A stretch of DNA of 64,000 nt from Bacteroidia bacterium (GTDB lineage: Bacteria; Bacteroidota; Bacteroidia; Flavobacteriales; Flavobacteriaceae): positions 13,920-77,919 of the forward strand of contig JAUIKY010000011.1 in the NCBI GenBank assembly GCA_030430535.1, read 5' to 3'. The position numbers and the translations under genes were made by a program. The notes below the pieces were generated by a model. It was not told where the DNA came from. It ran no database searches and saw only the letters and a program-made list of their open reading frames with translations. Shown here piece after piece: positions 29,106 through 39,067 of the stretch; positions within the stretch are counted from its first letter, which is position 1, and each line of letters begins with the position of its first letter.

Positions 29106-29300
29106 ATGCTAAAAATTATTGTAAAAGATGGCGAGAACATAGAGCGTGCCTTAAAACGCTACAAACGTAAACACCGTAACATTAAAGTAATGCAAAATTT
29201 AAGGGAGAATCAGTTCTTTACAAAACCATCTGTTAAAAGACGTCGCGAAATACAAAAAGCGGCTTACATTCAAACTTTAAGAGACCAAGAGGATATTTAA
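29106..29300 (+). CDS. rpsU: 30S ribosomal protein bS21 (probable second copy)
   Basis: GENIERALKRYKRK and FTKPSVKRR motifs, 64 aa, Tyr54 present. Confidence 0.9.
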   Translation: MLKIIVKDGENIERALKRYKRKHRNIKVMQNLRENQFFTKPSVKRRREIQKAAYIQTLRDQEDI

Positions 29301-29313
29301 TAATATAAAGGAC

Positions 29314-29449
29314 GCTGTCTAAAAAGTTGTCATTTTGAATCCCGATAGTTATCGGAAGTAGGAATCCTTAAAAACCAAGTTGCGGATTATAAGATTGCTT
29401 CGAAATAAAATTTCTCGCGATGACGTTAATTAATTGCTTTTTAGACAGC
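29314..29449. mobile_element. MITE-like composite element: 13-bp terminal inverted repeats enclosing a REP pair
   Basis: GCTGTCTAAAAAG (29314-26) / CTTTTTAGACAGC (29437-49); inside GTCATTTTGAAT..CCCGATAGTTATCGG..GAATC and GATTGCTTCG..CTCGCGATGAC. Confidence 0.6.
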
Positions 29450-29451
29450 CT

Positions 29452-29679
29452 CTATTCTTCTTTAAAGTCTATGGGATGGCCCTCATAAAGATGGTCGAAG
29501 GTTTTATTGGTGGTGTATTTATCCTTCAGCACTTTGTACACCATAACCAATAGAAAAAACTGACCAACACATTTGGTATAAAACACCAGTGCAAACGGCA
29601 CATCCATACTTACCATCACTGCTAAAAGCACCAACAAAAAGGTGGTTAAAGCGACGTAAAACATTACTGGGATTTTCAT
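29452..29679 (-). CDS. Small membrane protein, two TM helices
   Basis: 75 aa, two hydrophobic segments, polar tail YTTNKTFDHLYEGHP. Confidence 0.65.
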   Translation of the reverse strand: MKIPVMFYVALTTFLLVLLAVMVSMDVPFALVFYTKCVGQFFLLVMVYKVLKDKYTTNKTFDHLYEGHPIDFKEE

Positions 29680-29741
29680 TTTTATTTAAAAGATAATGAA
29701 AATCTGCAACTTATTCAAGTTAAATTGCTATCCCATCACAG

Positions 29742-30536
29742 CTATTGAACAGCAATTTGAACCACCAAACCTTCATTAGCCCGTACATTAAAAACCGTAT
29801 TGTCTTCAAAAATGAGATATTGGCCTTTTACGCCAACCAGTTTCCCTGTGTATAGTTTTTCTTTTTTCAGGTTTAAGCTTTTAGGCATTTCGGGATATTT
29901 CAGTACAGGGAATTCCAAGTTGGTTTCACTGTTGCTTTCAATAAAATAGTCCATCGCTTCACTTGGCACAAAACCTTTAAGTTTTTCACGCCATTCTACC
30001 AAATTTTCATCTTTTATTTCATTTTTCAGCATGCTGCGCCAATTGGTTTTATCGCTTACATGATCTTTGAGAGCGACTTCGGTGATTCCCGCCAAATAGC
30101 GGTTGGGCACTTCAACAATTTCAATAGCCTCATGTGCCCCTTGGTCTATCCACCGTGTGGGTACTTGGCTTTTTCGGGTCACCCCTACTTTCACGTTACT
30201 GGAATTGGCCAAATAGACAATATGCGGCTGTAACTGCACCTTTTTTTCATACTCCAAATCGCGGTCTTCTTTATCCAAATGGGCCGTACTCAGCTCGGGG
30301 CGCATTACCCAATCGGCTGCCTGAGGCACATCGTAAAAACAACTTTTGCAAAAACCTTGTCGGTAAATAGGCTTATTCAAATTACAGTTTAGGCACTGGT
30401 ATTTAACAAATTGTAACCCGATGGTTTTATCGAGCAACTGGTTCATATTTATAAAGTCATTTTCAAACACCAAATAATATTGAATAGGGCTTGCAAACTC
30501 CGTTTCCATTTTTGTGAGAACGCCTTGGTAGGTCAT
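29742..30536 (-). CDS. DUF2797 domain protein
   Basis: CLNC and CKSC, PHIVYLA, VKVGVTR, RWIDQGA, GVKGQYL family pattern. Confidence 0.8.
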   Translation of the reverse strand: MTYQGVLTKMETEFASPIQYYLVFENDFINMNQLLDKTIGLQFVKYQCLNCNLNKPIYRQGFCKSCFYDVPQAADWVMRPELSTAHLDKEDRDLEYEKKVQLQPHIVYLANSSNVKVGVTRKSQVPTRWIDQGAHEAIEIVEVPNRYLAGITEVALKDHVSDKTNWRSMLKNEIKDENLVEWREKLKGFVPSEAMDYFIESNSETNLEFPVLKYPEMPKSLNLKKEKLYTGKLVGVKGQYLIFEDNTVFNVRANEGLVVQIAVQ

Positions 30537-30578
30537 AAAAAAAAGTATTATTTTTAAAAACTTAAAGATAATTTAAAA

Positions 30579-32111
30579 ATGCCAATACCCATAGTAAATT
30601 CGATTGCTTCTTGGTTTTTGAAGAAACGCTTCCATCAAATTGAACTGTTTTTAAAGTACCCCAACGAAGTACAGAACGAATTGCTATTAAGCCTTTTAAA
30701 CACGGCTAAAAACACCGAGTTTGGCAAGACATACGATTTTGCATCCATAAAAAATTACGAGACTTTTGCCGAGCGCGTCCCCATTAAAAACTATGATGGT
30801 TGGCAGGATGATATTGAGCGCAGCCGAATGGGCGAAAACAACATTTTTTGGCCCACGCCCATAAAATGGTTTGCCAAATCGAGCGGCACCACCCGCGCCA
30901 AAAGCAAATTTATTCCCGTAAGCGAAGAATCGTTGGAAGACTGCCATTATGCAGCCAGCAAAGATTTACTGTGCATGTATCTTAACAACAACGAAGACTC
31001 ACAACTGTTTACAGGAAAAAGCTTGAGATTGGGCGGCAGCAAGGAACTTTACAAAGAGAACGGCACCGTGTTTGGCGACCTTTCGGCTATTTTAATTGAC
31101 AACATGCCGTTTTGGGCAGAATTTAGCAGCACCCCCAGTAACAGAGTGTCGTTAATGAGCGATTGGGAACGTAAAATGCAGGCCATTGTTGACGAAACTA
31201 TAAATGAAAAGGTAACCAGTTTGGCTGGTGTCCCGTCATGGATGTTGGTATTACTGAACAACGTTTTGGAAACCACGGGCAAAAATAGCATTCTCGATGT
31301 GTGGCCCAATTTGGAAGTGTACTTTCACGGCGGGGTGAGTTTTATCCCGTACAAAGACCAGTACAAAAAAATACTGCCGAGCAAAAGCTTAAAATATTAC
31401 GAAATCTACAATGCTTCGGAAGGCTTTTTTGCCATTCAGGACCAAAACAACTCCAATGAGCTTTTGCTCATGCTCGATTACGGTATTTTTTACGAATTTA
31501 TCCCTATGCACCTGTACGGCTCTACAGCAGAAAAAGCCATTCCCCTAAGTCAGGTAAAATTAGGGGAAAATTACGCTATGATTATTACCACCAATGCGGG
31601 GCTTTGGCGCTATAAAATAGGAGATACCATAAAATTCACTTCATTGAGTCCTTATCGGATAAAAATTTCGGGACGCACTAAACACCATATTAATGTTTTT
31701 GGCGAAGAGCTTATTATTGAAAATGCCGAAAACGCCCTTAAAAAAGTATGCAAACGCACCAAAGCTGAAATTGTAGATTTTACCGCCGCCCCAATATTTA
31801 TGGATGGCAAAGAAAAAGGCGCCCATGAATGGTTGATTGAGTTTAAAACACCCCCTGCTGACATCGATTATTTTAACGAACTGTTCGATAACGCACTAAA
31901 AGCCCTAAATTCCGATTACGAAGCCAAGCGTTACAACAATATTACGCTTAATAAACCCCGAATAAATTTGGCCAGAAAGAACCTGTTTTACGACTGGCTG
32001 AAACAAAACAACAAATTAGGCGGACAACATAAAATACCAAGGCTATCGAACACCAGAGACTATATGGAAGAGCTATTATCGTTGAATTCCTCAATTCATA
32101 ATCCGCTTTAA
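30579..32111 (+). CDS. GH3 auxin-responsive-like adenylate-forming enzyme
   Basis: AKSSGTT, YNASEGFF, GLWRYKIGDT, GGQHKIPRL. Confidence 0.88.
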   Translation: MPIPIVNSIASWFLKKRFHQIELFLKYPNEVQNELLLSLLNTAKNTEFGKTYDFASIKNYETFAERVPIKNYDGWQDDIERSRMGENNIFWPTPIKWFAKSSGTTRAKSKFIPVSEESLEDCHYAASKDLLCMYLNNNEDSQLFTGKSLRLGGSKELYKENGTVFGDLSAILIDNMPFWAEFSSTPSNRVSLMSDWERKMQAIVDETINEKVTSLAGVPSWMLVLLNNVLETTGKNSILDVWPNLEVYFHGGVSFIPYKDQYKKILPSKSLKYYEIYNASEGFFAIQDQNNSNELLLMLDYGIFYEFIPMHLYGSTAEKAIPLSQVKLGENYAMIITTNAGLWRYKIGDTIKFTSLSPYRIKISGRTKHHINVFGEELIIENAENALKKVCKRTKAEIVDFTAAPIFMDGKEKGAHEWLIEFKTPPADIDYFNELFDNALKALNSDYEAKRYNNITLNKPRINLARKNLFYDWLKQNNKLGGQHKIPRLSNTRDYMEELLSLNSSIHNPL

Positions 32112-32215
32112 AACAAACACTTAACGAGTTTAATTGCGCTTAGCCTAAGTTTTTTTCATTACACCGAGTTCAGGATTATATTTAGTTACTAATTAATCCA
32201 AACCCTCGCCCAAAA

Positions 32216-33829
32216 ATGAAAAAAGAACTATCCCTTTTCGTTTTCTTGGCATCCCTCATGCTGTTTAGCCAAGGACCATCAAATGTAGTGGCCTTTAACC
32301 ACGACTTGCCTCACAAAGCAGATTTATTTAATACAACCAGCGTACGTGCTTTTGAAGATAGCGGATTTGATTTTGAACTTTTGGACGCCGGAGTGAACAC
32401 GCCGTTTTCTGAAATTGGCTCTGGTTTTTTTAGAAACAAACTTATTTTGGTTTCCTCTAAAAAACTAGGTGGTTTAGCCAAAATAGACCCTAAAACCAAG
32501 GAGGCTTACAAGGAGCTATATTGTTTGGATATTAGTAGAAACGGTGCCTTGAGCGCCCCTTATCTTTTCAGCAGAATATTGAACACCAATGCCAGTGAAG
32601 ACCAGTTAACGTTTTCGCCAGACGAAAAAACGGTTTATTACACCCGTAGCAGCAAAGAAAACTCATTGGAATTTAAACTCTACCGAGCCGTACTCGAAGA
32701 AGACTCTCATGGCAACTGGATCAACAACGAACTCCTCGGCATGAATGAAAGCGGCGTTTCCATTGAAAACCCGTTTGTAAATCATGCCGGCATACAACTT
32801 TATTTTTCTGCTAACCTGGCAGACTCTTATGGCGGATTCGACCTGTATGTTTGCGATATTTATGAAGACGGCAGTATAAGCGCCCCTAAAAATTTAGGGA
32901 ACATTATAAACACCGCCTACGATGATAAATACCCTGCGCTTTCACTGGATGATAAATACTTTTATTTTGCTTCGAAAGGACACCAAAACATGGGCGGTTT
33001 CGATTTGTTTATAAGCAAGGCCTCAAAAGATGGGTTCAAAACACCGAGGAACATGGGCAACACTATAAACTCTGCTTATGACGAAATAGCCTATTTTTTA
33101 GCCGCCAAAAACAAAGGTTACGTATCTTCAAACCGTCCCAACGGAAAAGGCAGTTTCGATATTTACACCGCCGTTAACAACGAAGTTATCCAAACCATTG
33201 CCGGCAGGGTTGTTGACCAAGAAACACAAATAAAACTTCCCAACACCCTAATCATTTTAAAAGATGAAGATGGCGCGGAGTTAGGACGAACGTTAACGGG
33301 TGAAGATGGCAGCTATTCGCTGAGCGTTTCTCCTTTTGAATCTTATACGCTGAACACCCACAAAGACGGATTTAAGGATAGTACATCCCAATTTTTCACC
33401 AACCGAGGCTACAAAACCACTTACAGAAAAGATCTCGAACTACTTACCACCGAACCCGTTATCGCGGAAGTTGAGAACGAAATGCGCATCGTGTTGGAAA
33501 ATATCTACTTCGATTTCAACAAATGGAATGTTAAAGAAGAATCGTTTATTTCATTGAACAAAATTGTTAAAGTCCTTAAGGAACATCCTGAAATGAAGAT
33601 AGCGATAAACGCGCATACCGATAGTAAAGGCCACGATGCTTACAACATGAATTTATCTGAAAAACGTGCGGCATCGACTGTTAAATATCTAATTAAAAAT
33701 GGTATAAACAAAAGCAGATTACAATCAAAAGGATTTGGCGAAAGCAAACCATTGATAGATTGCAAGAATAATTGTAGCGAAGAAGACCTACAAGTGAACA
33801 GACGAGTTGAATTTGTGATTTTGGAATAA
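32216..33829 (+). CDS. OmpA-family protein with PD40 propeller repeats and carboxypeptidase-regulatory-like domain (PorE-like architecture)
   Basis: GGFDLY/NLG..INT.YDD..P repeats; IYFDFNK, AHTDSKG, NMNLSEKRA, GFGESKP, NRRVEF. Confidence 0.85.
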   Translation: MKKELSLFVFLASLMLFSQGPSNVVAFNHDLPHKADLFNTTSVRAFEDSGFDFELLDAGVNTPFSEIGSGFFRNKLILVSSKKLGGLAKIDPKTKEAYKELYCLDISRNGALSAPYLFSRILNTNASEDQLTFSPDEKTVYYTRSSKENSLEFKLYRAVLEEDSHGNWINNELLGMNESGVSIENPFVNHAGIQLYFSANLADSYGGFDLYVCDIYEDGSISAPKNLGNIINTAYDDKYPALSLDDKYFYFASKGHQNMGGFDLFISKASKDGFKTPRNMGNTINSAYDEIAYFLAAKNKGYVSSNRPNGKGSFDIYTAVNNEVIQTIAGRVVDQETQIKLPNTLIILKDEDGAELGRTLTGEDGSYSLSVSPFESYTLNTHKDGFKDSTSQFFTNRGYKTTYRKDLELLTTEPVIAEVENEMRIVLENIYFDFNKWNVKEESFISLNKIVKVLKEHPEMKIAINAHTDSKGHDAYNMNLSEKRAASTVKYLIKNGINKSRLQSKGFGESKPLIDCKNNCSEEDLQVNRRVEFVILE

Positions 33830-34034
33830 GCCCAAGAAACGCTTTCCTCAAAAATTCGCAATAACCGATAAAGTGCATTCGCAAAAGTCCTTAAACGAGT
33901 ATTTCGTCTTATAGTCTAAAACAAATTTAAAAGCTTTGTGCCTTGTTAAATTAAAGATACTTTTGATTCAGGTTAATCGAAAACACTTAAGATTTATACA
34001 TAGCAGATCCATTATTAATTAATTTTCCATAAAT

Positions 34035-34065
34035 AAAAAACCACGCTGATTAGCGTGGTTTTTTT
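34035..34065. terminator. Bidirectional terminator
   Basis: AAAAAACCACGCT-gatt-AGCGTGGTTTTTTT between convergent genes. Confidence 0.85.
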
Positions 34066-34087
34066 ATGCTTGATGTTTTTTATCTGT

Positions 34088-35320
34088 TTAAGACACCGCT
34101 TTTAGCTTTTTAAGTGTGGTTTTTGTCAATTTATCTTCAGCGTAAGCTTTAGTAACATTCAATTTTTTCTCGTTGCTACTTGGCAGTTCAAACATAGCAT
34201 CGGTTAAAATTTCCTCACATAAAGAACGTAAACCTCTTGCGCCTAGTTTGTACTCAATAGCTTTATCAACAATAAAACTTAACGCACCATCGGTAATGGA
34301 AAAATCGATATCGTCCATTTCAAACAGCTTTTTGTACTGTTTTATAATGGCGTTTTTAGGCTCGGTTAAAATGGCCCGTAAAGTTTCGGCATCCAATGGG
34401 TTCATGTGAGTTAACACCGGTAAACGCCCAATAATTTCGGGTATTAATCCAAAGTCCTTTAAATCTTTCGGAATAATGTACTGCAATAAGTTTTCCTGAT
34501 CCACCACGTCGTCTGACATGGATGCGCTGTAACCCACGGCTTGCATATTCAATCGTTTGGAAATGATACGATCAATACCATCAAAAGCACCTCCGGCAAT
34601 AAACAAAATGTTTTCGGTGTTCACTTCGATGAATTTTTGATCGGGATGTTTACGGCCACCTTTTGGCGGCACATTAACCACAGTGCCCTCCAAAAGCTTC
34701 AATAAAGCTTGCTGAACACCCTCTCCAGACACATCTCTTGTTATGGAAGGGTTATCGCTTTTTCTCGCTATTTTGTCAATCTCGTCAATAAAAACAATCC
34801 CTTTTTCTGCCTTTTCCAAATTGTAATCGGCAGCCTGCAATAAACGGGTTAAAATACTTTCTACGTCTTCGCCAACATATCCAGCTTCCGTTAACACCGT
34901 AGCATCTACAATAGCCAAAGGCACATTCAGCATCTTGGCAATGGTTTTTGCCATTAGGGTTTTACCGGTACCCGTTTGCCCCACCATAACGATGTTACTC
35001 TTTTGGATATCGATATCGTCATTGGATGGTGTTTGCAACAAACGCTTGTAATGGTTGTAAACGGCCACCGACATCACTTTTTTGGTGGTGTCTTGCCCAA
35101 TAATATATTCGTCTAAAAACGATTTGATTTGTTGCGGTTTGCGAAGTTTTAGTTCTGCAGATAGGTCGCTGTTATCGTTTTGTTTTGATTCTTCCAAAAC
35201 AATACCATGCGCTTGCTCGATACACCTATCGCATATATGAGCATCTAATCCTGCTATTAACAAATTGGTTTCGGGCTTTTTACGACCACAAAACGAACAT
35301 TCTAATTCCTCTTTTGCCAT
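34088..35320 (-). CDS. clpX: ATP-dependent Clp protease ATP-binding subunit
   Basis: CSFCG..ICDRC zinc finger, [29 protein letters not shown]. Confidence 0.98.
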   Translation of the reverse strand: MAKEELECSFCGRKKPETNLLIAGLDAHICDRCIEQAHGIVLEESKQNDNSDLSAELKLRKPQQIKSFLDEYIIGQDTTKKVMSVAVYNHYKRLLQTPSNDDIDIQKSNIVMVGQTGTGKTLMAKTIAKMLNVPLAIVDATVLTEAGYVGEDVESILTRLLQAADYNLEKAEKGIVFIDEIDKIARKSDNPSITRDVSGEGVQQALLKLLEGTVVNVPPKGGRKHPDQKFIEVNTENILFIAGGAFDGIDRIISKRLNMQAVGYSASMSDDVVDQENLLQYIIPKDLKDFGLIPEIIGRLPVLTHMNPLDAETLRAILTEPKNAIIKQYKKLFEMDDIDFSITDGALSFIVDKAIEYKLGARGLRSLCEEILTDAMFELPSSNEKKLNVTKAYAEDKLTKTTLKKLKAVS

Positions 35321-35396
35321 TAATCTAATTTATTTTTTCGGGAGAAAAAATCGCAATCTCCTCAATAAGAACTCTTTAAAATTACGAATTTTTTAT

Positions 35397-36071
35397 TTAA
35401 TTGCGAACCAATATTTCGTCAATCATACCGTATTCTTTAGCTTTATCGGCTTTCATCCAATAATCGCGATCACTATCTTCGTACACTTTGTCGTAATCTT
35501 GGCCAGAGTGCTTACTTATTATTTTGTAAAGCTCTTCTTTTAAGGTTAAAATCTCTCTAGCTGTGATTTCTATATCACTGGCCTGGCCTTGGGCACCGCC
35601 CAATGGTTGGTGAATCATAACTCGCGAATGTGTTAATCCGCTGCGTTTTCCTTTTTCACCGGCACACAACAACACCGCGCCCATAGATGCCGCCATTCCT
35701 GTACAAATAGTAGCCACATCAGGTTTGATGAATTGCATGGTATCGTAAATACCTAAACCAGCATACACACTTCCACCTGGTGAATTGATATAAATTTGAA
35801 TGTCCTTTGAAGCATCGGTACTTTCCAAAAATAGCAATTGTGCCTGAACAATGTTTGCCACTTGGTCGTTAATGCCGGTTCCCAAAAAAATGATTCGGTC
35901 CATCATCAATCGGGAAAACACATCAAAAACCGCAATATTCATTTGCCGCTCTTCAATAATGTTTGGAGTAAGGTTGGTGGGGTACATACTACTGATGATT
36001 TTATTGTAATACGTACTGCTTATACCTTGATCTTTTATCGCGAATTTTTCAAACTCTTTTGCGTAATCCAT
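35397..36071 (-). CDS. clpP: Clp protease proteolytic subunit
   Basis: [26 protein letters not shown]. Confidence 0.98.
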   Translation of the reverse strand: MDYAKEFEKFAIKDQGISSTYYNKIISSMYPTNLTPNIIEERQMNIAVFDVFSRLMMDRIIFLGTGINDQVANIVQAQLLFLESTDASKDIQIYINSPGGSVYAGLGIYDTMQFIKPDVATICTGMAASMGAVLLCAGEKGKRSGLTHSRVMIHQPLGGAQGQASDIEITAREILTLKEELYKIISKHSGQDYDKVYEDSDRDYWMKADKAKEYGMIDEILVRN

Positions 36072-36158
36072 AAGTTAAAATTGTAATTAATTTTGATAAT
36101 CCATTGATTGACACCAATATGGATTTACCACTTTTAGTCTTAGTTATTTATTTTGAAC

Positions 36159-36192
36159 AAAAAGGCGCTTAAATCTACAGATTTAAGCGCCT
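36159..36192 (-). terminator. Hairpin/terminator after tig
   Basis: AGGCGCTTAAATCT-ac-AGATTTAAGCGCCT followed by T-tract on minus strand. Confidence 0.7.
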
Positions 36193-36214
36193 AAATATAA
36201 GCATTTATTATTTC

Positions 36215-37543
36215 TTACTTATCACCATAAACCTCTTTTACGAAGTTTTCATAGCTTAATTCCTTAACTTTTAGGTTAGCTTTTTCTTTGTAAAGCTCTA
36301 ATAATTTTTGGCTTACCAACTGCTCTGAAATACGACGTGCTTCATCTTGGTTAGACAACACACGAGCAGCAATATCATCCAATTCTTTATCAGAAGGATT
36401 CATTTGTCCGAACTGGGCCATTTGCGCCTTAATCATTTCACGGGCATGGTTTTTAATATCGTCCATGGTTACTTTGATGTCGTTCTCCTCAATCAACTTC
36501 CCTTCAATCAATTGGTAACGCAAGCTTTTTTCAGATTTCTCGTATTCTTCTCTAGCTTGATCGGAATCCAATTCTTTTTCACCTGCTGTTTGCAACCACT
36601 TAGTCAAGAATTCGGCTGGCAAATCGAACTTGGTATTTTCTACCAAATATTCAGTAACATCGTTCAATAATTTTTGATCGGCTTGCTGAACAAATTGCTT
36701 TTCGGCATCTTCTTTAATTTTGGCTTTCAATTCAGTTACTGAAGTTACCTCCCCTTTTCCGAATAATTTATCGAACAACTCTTGGTCTAAATCGGCCAAT
36801 TGACGCTCGTTGATTTCAGTAATCTCAAAAGTCACTTCAATATCCAATCCGTGTACATCGTCATGACCTAGTTTTAAGGCATGCATCAATTCGTGCTCGT
36901 CGTCATAAAGTCCTTTTGTTTGTAAAGTGATAACATCACCAACCTTAGCACCAATGAATTGTTTTTCGGTAGCGTCGCCTTTAAATTTATCTAAAGTTAA
37001 AGTTACCGTGTTTTCAATCTCCTTTTCTTCGTTTTTGAAGGTTCCAGTAATTTCGCTGTCCTTTTCAACAGCATCTTGAGACACCAATTTACCGTATTGC
37101 TTTTGGATGCGCTCTACCTGCTCGTCAATCATTTTATCGTCGGCAACAATATTATATTGCGTGATAGCCTCTTTTCCTTTTAACTCTACTTCGAATTCTG
37201 GAGCCAATCCTAATTCGAATTCAAAAGAAAATTTCTCTGCATCCCAATCAATTTCATCTTGGGTTTTTGGAAGCGGTTGCCCTAAAACATCCAATTTTTC
37301 CTCGGTTAAATACTTATTTAAGGCATCTTGCAACAACTTATTTACCTCGTCAACCAAAACGGCTTTACCGTATTGTTTTTTCACCATGCCCATTGGCACG
37401 TGCCCTTTTCTAAACCCAGGAATGTTTGCTGTTTTACGGTAATCTGATAGGATTTTTTCTACCTTATCGCTGTAATCTTCTTTAGCGATATCTACTTTCA
37501 CAACAGCATTTAATGCATCAACGTTTTCTCTTGTAATATTCAT
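36215..37543 (-). CDS. tig: Trigger factor
   Basis: IPGFRKGHVP ribosome-binding motif; upstream of clpP-clpX. Confidence 0.95.
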   Translation of the reverse strand: MNITRENVDALNAVVKVDIAKEDYSDKVEKILSDYRKTANIPGFRKGHVPMGMVKKQYGKAVLVDEVNKLLQDALNKYLTEEKLDVLGQPLPKTQDEIDWDAEKFSFEFELGLAPEFEVELKGKEAITQYNIVADDKMIDEQVERIQKQYGKLVSQDAVEKDSEITGTFKNEEKEIENTVTLTLDKFKGDATEKQFIGAKVGDVITLQTKGLYDDEHELMHALKLGHDDVHGLDIEVTFEITEINERQLADLDQELFDKLFGKGEVTSVTELKAKIKEDAEKQFVQQADQKLLNDVTEYLVENTKFDLPAEFLTKWLQTAGEKELDSDQAREEYEKSEKSLRYQLIEGKLIEENDIKVTMDDIKNHAREMIKAQMAQFGQMNPSDKELDDIAARVLSNQDEARRISEQLVSQKLLELYKEKANLKVKELSYENFVKEVYGDK

Positions 37544-37627
37544 TTTTAAATGATATAAAGCCTTTTAGGCAATTAACACTAATAGGTTTTTGTGAAACCT
37601 AAAAATTATGTAACTAAAATTGGGTGG

Positions 37628-37658
37628 CAAAAGTACAATATTTTCACCACCCAACAAA
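37628..37658 (-). promoter_or_regulatory. Bacteroidota sigma70 promoter for tig
   Basis: Minus strand TTTG-19 nt-TACTTTTG. Confidence 0.75.
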
Positions 37659-37703
37659 GTTTTTAAACCCTTGATTTTTGGAGCCTGTTTAAGTTTTTAT
37701 CAA

Positions 37704-38051
37704 TTATTTTTTATCTTCTTTAAACAATGAATGAAGAATGGATTGCAGGATGGAAAGTAGAATACTAAAAAACAATGCCCACCAAAAATTATTGACCGAA
37801 AAACCACTGATTAATTGATCGGCCAGTAGAATTATTATGGCATTGATTACCAAAAGGAACAAGCCCAAAGTTAGGATGGTTGCCGGTAGCGTAAAAATCA
37901 CCAAAATAGGTTTTACCAGTAAATTGAGCACCGCCAAAACCAGCGCCACCACAATAGCCGTTAAGTAATTATCAACATTTACGCCCGATAGCGCATAGGC
38001 TAAAATAAATACGGCTGCAGCGTTTAATAGAAGTCTTAAAATGAGATTCAT
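37704..38051 (-). CDS. 4-TM membrane protein (YvlD / phage holin family annotation)
   Basis: LNLLVKPILVIFTLPATILTLGLFLLVINA signature. Confidence 0.8.
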   Translation of the reverse strand: MNLILRLLLNAAAVFILAYALSGVNVDNYLTAIVVALVLAVLNLLVKPILVIFTLPATILTLGLFLLVINAIIILLADQLISGFSVNNFWWALFFSILLSILQSILHSLFKEDKK

Positions 38052-38083
38052 ATATTTTGTTTTAAGGAAATATACGAAATTTA

Positions 38084-38851
38084 TTATTTCACAAACCGCT
38101 CCACAGCCTCAAAAAAGTCTTTTGGGTTTTCGGCATGCAGCCAATGTCCTGAGTTGGCAATGGTAACGATTTCGGAATTTGGAAAATGTCGTTTTATAAT
38201 ATTTTCATCATCAACGCCAATGTATTCCGAACGGTCGCCACGCAAGAACAGCGTGTCTTTATCAAAAGTGGCGTGCGCAGGCAATGGTTCGCCAATTTCG
38301 CCCACTTCGCTTTTTAAAACTTCTAAGTTGATGCGTAGTCCCAATTGGCCTTTTTCAACCCAATACAGATTTTTTAAAAGGAATTGACGCGTACCCAAAT
38401 CGGAAACATATTCACTCAATACTTTATCGGCTTGACCGCGACTTTTTATTTCACTAAAATCCAATTGGCTCAATCCGTTTAAAATGGTGTCGTGGTGCAC
38501 CGGATAAAATCGTGGCGAAATATCGGCCACCAATAATTTTGAAACCAAATTGGGATACAATGCGGCAAACAACATCGCCGTTTTCCCGCCCATGGAATGC
38601 CCAAGTAAAACAATATCTTTCAAGTTATTGGCCTCGCAGTAATTCTTTAAATCTTCAGCCAAAATCTCATAACTAAATTCGTCGCTGTGGAAACTGCGCC
38701 CGTGGTTACGCTGATCGACCAAATGTACCTCGAACCCCAATTCACTGAACTGATTGCCCAAGGTTTTCCAATTGTCGCTCATGCCCAAAAAACCATGTAG
38801 AATTACAAATGGTTTTCCTTCGCCTATGATGTTTGAATGTAATTGTTCCAT
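38084..38851 (-). CDS. Alpha/beta hydrolase (YbfF-like esterase)
   Basis: LHGFLG, DQRNHGRS, GHSMGGK nucleophile elbow, SGHWLHAENP; start moved to 38851 because the longer start runs through REP DNA. Confidence 0.88.
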   Translation of the reverse strand: MEQLHSNIIGEGKPFVILHGFLGMSDNWKTLGNQFSELGFEVHLVDQRNHGRSFHSDEFSYEILAEDLKNYCEANNLKDIVLLGHSMGGKTAMLFAALYPNLVSKLLVADISPRFYPVHHDTILNGLSQLDFSEIKSRGQADKVLSEYVSDLGTRQFLLKNLYWVEKGQLGLRINLEVLKSEVGEIGEPLPAHATFDKDTLFLRGDRSEYIGVDDENIIKRHFPNSEIVTIANSGHWLHAENPKDFFEAVERFVK

Positions 38852-38860
38852 ACTATTGTG

Positions 38861-39027
38861 GTGGCTGAGCGGAGTCGAAGCCACTTCTGATATCTTTATT
38901 TTCTCTATAAATTGTGATTTCGACAAAGCCTGTCTTGAGCGAAGCCGAAAGGCTCAATCACCAAATACCGAAATTACTTTTTAAATATACTACCTTTATC
39001 CGTGTGGCTTCGACTACGCTCAGCCAG
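38861..39027. repeat. Cluster of REP-like palindromes (BIME-like)
   Basis: GTGGCTGAGCGGAGTCGAAGCCAC (38861-84) and inverted GTGGCTTCGACTACGCTCAGCCAG (39004-27), 22/24 complementary; nested unit at 38914-38961. Confidence 0.75.
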
Positions 39028-39067
39028 CGAACAAAGAATATTAAACACCCGTTTGGATGTTTCCCGA

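Noticed and set aside
30579-32111. GH3 auxin-responsive gene as a sign of plant-hormone manipulation
   Set aside because: The family is widespread in Bacteroidota regardless of habitat; nothing in the context points to auxin.
37704-38051. Holin-family annotation as evidence of a prophage
   Set aside because: YvlD-like 4-TM proteins are common chromosomal genes; no endolysin or phage genes are adjacent.
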